DNA of 64,000 nucleotides, from positions 19,964,001-20,028,000 of the forward strand of contig CM059449.1 of the NCBI GenBank assembly GCA_030390025.1, written 5' to 3'. The position numbers were made by a program, and so were the translations under genes. The DNA is from Squalus acanthias. Lineage: Eukaryota. Below are positions 62,141 through 64,000 of the stretch, piece after piece (position 1 is the stretch's first letter; each line of letters starts with the position of its first letter). The notes under the pieces were generated by a model. It searched no databases. It had not been told where the DNA came from and was given only the letters and a program-made list of their open reading frames with translations.

Positions 62141-63619
62141 CTTTTTTTTTTAATAACAGATGGCTCTGTTCCCCTTGTAGCAGTCGGATTTGGACTACAG
62201 GAACCACAGGACCAGCAGAGCCAAAAGTTTGGGGAACTTGCCATCAGTAATGACCGCCACGCTTGTCATTTCAATACAATCAGCCTGGAGCCAAACCGCC
62301 CATCCACCCCCTCTCCAAAGCTGCGGTCACATTCTCCCTGGCCTCTAAATACTTGCGCACAAGTTCCAGTTTAACCGTACTCCCGACTCTCACTGCTTGA
62401 GCCGAGCTACAAAAGCAACAGGAACTCTGCCTTCTGTGCTTCACGCACTATTCCTAGTTACCTAGCTCGCTCCTTCCCAGCCTGGCCTTTTGCTCAATTT
62501 CTCTCACGCAACTGTAACTTTCAAGGCCCAGTCTCCCAAAGACCCTGGGTTCCACTTCCAGCCCAGGTGCCTCACCTACCAAGTCCTTCAGCTGCAGAGC
62601 AACTTCAATGGGCATCTCCTGGGCTTAACCCCACAAACATCTTGGTGCATTTTGCCAGACTACTTGATTCACTGGCCCCCAAACTCTACCCACCCATCTC
62701 TCACTCCCCAGGTGTTCAAATACTGCAAATTTCCCTACATTCTCCCGGTGGAGCTTGACGCTTCACTGCTGAGACACCAGTAACTCCCTGCTCAAGATCT
62801 ACATTGTTTGGCTTATTCCCTGCTGGGTCTCACCCCAGACTCCACACTTAGCACCCACTCCCTTCCAGCCCCCTTCAGGATCACTCCTGCTGGGTCCCAT
62901 CCACAGTCTCCCAAGCCATCTCCCACTTCATCTTATCGTCTTCCGGTGTTAATTCTCAGGCAATAGTGAAACTACAATCTTTCATGTAATTTATCTTCAG
63001 TCATTTAAAGTATTTGAGTCTGAGAATAAGGTGCAAGTGTGAATATAAACCCCAAACCACTGATCCTGCATATAGTTTCTCTGAAGACAAAAATGTAATT
63101 CCAGTGACTGGCTCCTTTTCCTACGGACATTTCAAGTTTTACAAACTCTAACCTGGTTTTATTTACTTACAAGATATGCTCCCCCCACCCCATGACTCCT
63201 TCCTAGCACTAGATCCCACCAATACCTTCCCACTTATCAACTCCAATCCCTCCTGGCCCAAGTCCCCCATTCCACATGAACCCTACCCCATTTTCCTCAC
63301 TCATTCAAACATGTTGAAGCATCTCCAGAATGCCCTCTTCCCTCAAGGCCCCCCATTTCTTCTCACCCTGTCCAGTACTCACTTCCGGCATATTGCTGCA
63401 TGCCGTAAGCTTTCAAAGAGATGTAAAATCAGCAAATGAACATGTAGGAGAGGCATAAAGGAAACAGTATGGAGGGAGACAAAGGGAAGATGAGACAAAG
63501 AGCAAAAAGACAGATTGAGAGGTAGAAAGACAGCATATGTTACACATGCAGAGACAGTTACAGCAAAGACAATCAACTTATTATCTGAATTTTTTTTGTT
63601 TGTGAGCAACTTGCATAAG

Positions 63620-63980
63620 GTGTCAGCCTTGGCTCAGCGGTCGCACTCTCACCTCTGAGTTTGAAGGTTGTGGGTTCAAGTCCCACTTCAGAGACTAGAG
63701 CACATAATCCAGGCTGACAATTCAGTACAGTACTAAGGGAGCGCTGCACTGTTGGAGATGGCGTCATTCGGATGAGACGTTAAACCGAGGCCCTGTCTGC
63801 TCTCAGGTGGCACTATTTCGAAGAGCAGGAGTTCTCCCCGGTGTCCTAGCCAATATGTATCCCTCAACCTACATCACAAAAACAGATTACCTGGTCATTA
63901 TGTTTCTTGGAGTTTGCTGTGCGCTAATTGGCTGCCGCGTTTCCTACATTACAACAGTGACTACACTTCAAAAGTACTTA
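63620..63980 (+). mobile_element. Deu-SINE
   Basis: tRNA head tggctcagcggt...gggttcaagtccc followed by the Deu core. Confidence 0.87.
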
Positions 63981-64000
63981 TACGATAGCAAAATACTGCG

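Overview
Eukaryotic, repeat-dense genomic DNA from a cartilaginous fish (shark-like). This is inferred from the repeat complement: Deu-domain SacSINE1-like SINEs, an HE1-type V-SINE, CR1, L2 and RTE LINEs, Penelope elements and LF-SINE-like relics. The main structure is a head-to-tail tandem duplication (unit A ~4371-23677, unit B ~23677-41892) with a clean L2/Penelope junction. Each unit carries an intact 4-coding-exon CD2/SLAM-family receptor gene (leader, IgV, IgC2, TM; 280 and 281 aa). Both receptors have an arginine in the transmembrane helix and only an 8-aa tail with no ITSM or ITIM, an architecture that predicts FcRgamma/CD3zeta-coupled activating receptors. The two IgV exons differ at 16 amino acids against 3 purely synonymous codons, clustered on the predicted ligand-binding face. 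Each V exon is flanked by a 5' half-exon relic and a 3' half-exon relic. Also present: the CCHC-knuckle exon of RBM4 (minus strand) ending in an AQYSA repeat, a PHF23-like retrocopy fused to a CR1 LINE, several minimal hammerhead ribozymes of Penelope origin (including a 91-bp foldback insertion with a 12-bp TSD), and nested transposons. Most short ORFs in the track are repeat-derived.
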